Part shown: positions 63,678 to 64,000 of the stretch, in pieces | Position numbering within the stretch: the first letter of the stretch is position 1 | Layout: each line of letters begins with the position of its first letter | NCBI GenBank assembly: GCA_951406725.2 | Contig: OX597818.1 | Coordinates: 95,666,001 to 95,730,000 of the forward strand | DNA from: Octopus vulgaris | Lineage: Eukaryota | Length of the DNA: 64,000 nt | Direction: 5' to 3' | The notes under the pieces: generated by a model | The model's database searches: none | Seen by the model: the letters and a program-made list of their open reading frames with translations, nothing else | Told to the model about the DNA's origin: nothing | Made by a program: the position numbers and the translations under genes

Positions 63678-64000
63678 CTACCATGTACACAGTTTGCAAA
63701 ATGTGAAAATTCCTATAATTACTCTATTCCAACAAATCAAATAGTTTTTGAAAGTGTCTTTTCCACCAACCTCAGATAATGCACTCCAGAAATAGTTCTT
63801 ATTTTCACAAAGCACTTCAATGTCTTTTAAATGTCATTTATGTCAACATACACACATATTTATAAACACACACAGCTCCAATCAAAGTTTCAGCTCACCT
63901 TTAATTGTGAATTGGCAAATTTCACAGAATGTACCTGGAAAAATATTTTAAAATGCAATGAGAAATAAAACAGTTATAAATTAATTTTGGAATTCAATAA

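Overview
AT-rich, intron-rich animal genomic DNA. The tRNA-derived SINE families and RTE/CR1 LINEs point to a coleoid cephalopod, probably Octopus (inference). Four spliced genes were reconstructed by hand: the 3' part of NME5 (+, 2066-5741), a complete 8-exon VTI1A (-, 14742-32580, 216 aa), a complete RPL34 (+, CDS 34415-50588, 113 aa, with a 14-nt microexon) head-to-head with VTI1A, and the 3' exons of an unidentified saposin-like protein (-, 54123-~61020). The main observation is in the 11.8-kb last intron of RPL34. It holds an amplified array of box C/D snoRNAs: 9 complete copies, one half copy and about 5 decayed paralogues. All complete copies carry the invariant guide AGCACTGGGC (SNORD88/snR76 type, 28S rRNA Cm), a possible second guide, and compensatory changes in the terminal stem. 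Many copies in one intron departs from the usual one-snoRNA-per-intron arrangement of vertebrate host genes. Other structure includes a young RTE-group LINE with a twin-priming-type 5' inversion, two long fold-back palindromes, several MITEs with TSDs, and a Penelope-type degenerate hammerhead motif. Nearly all ORFs in the supplied track are spurious.
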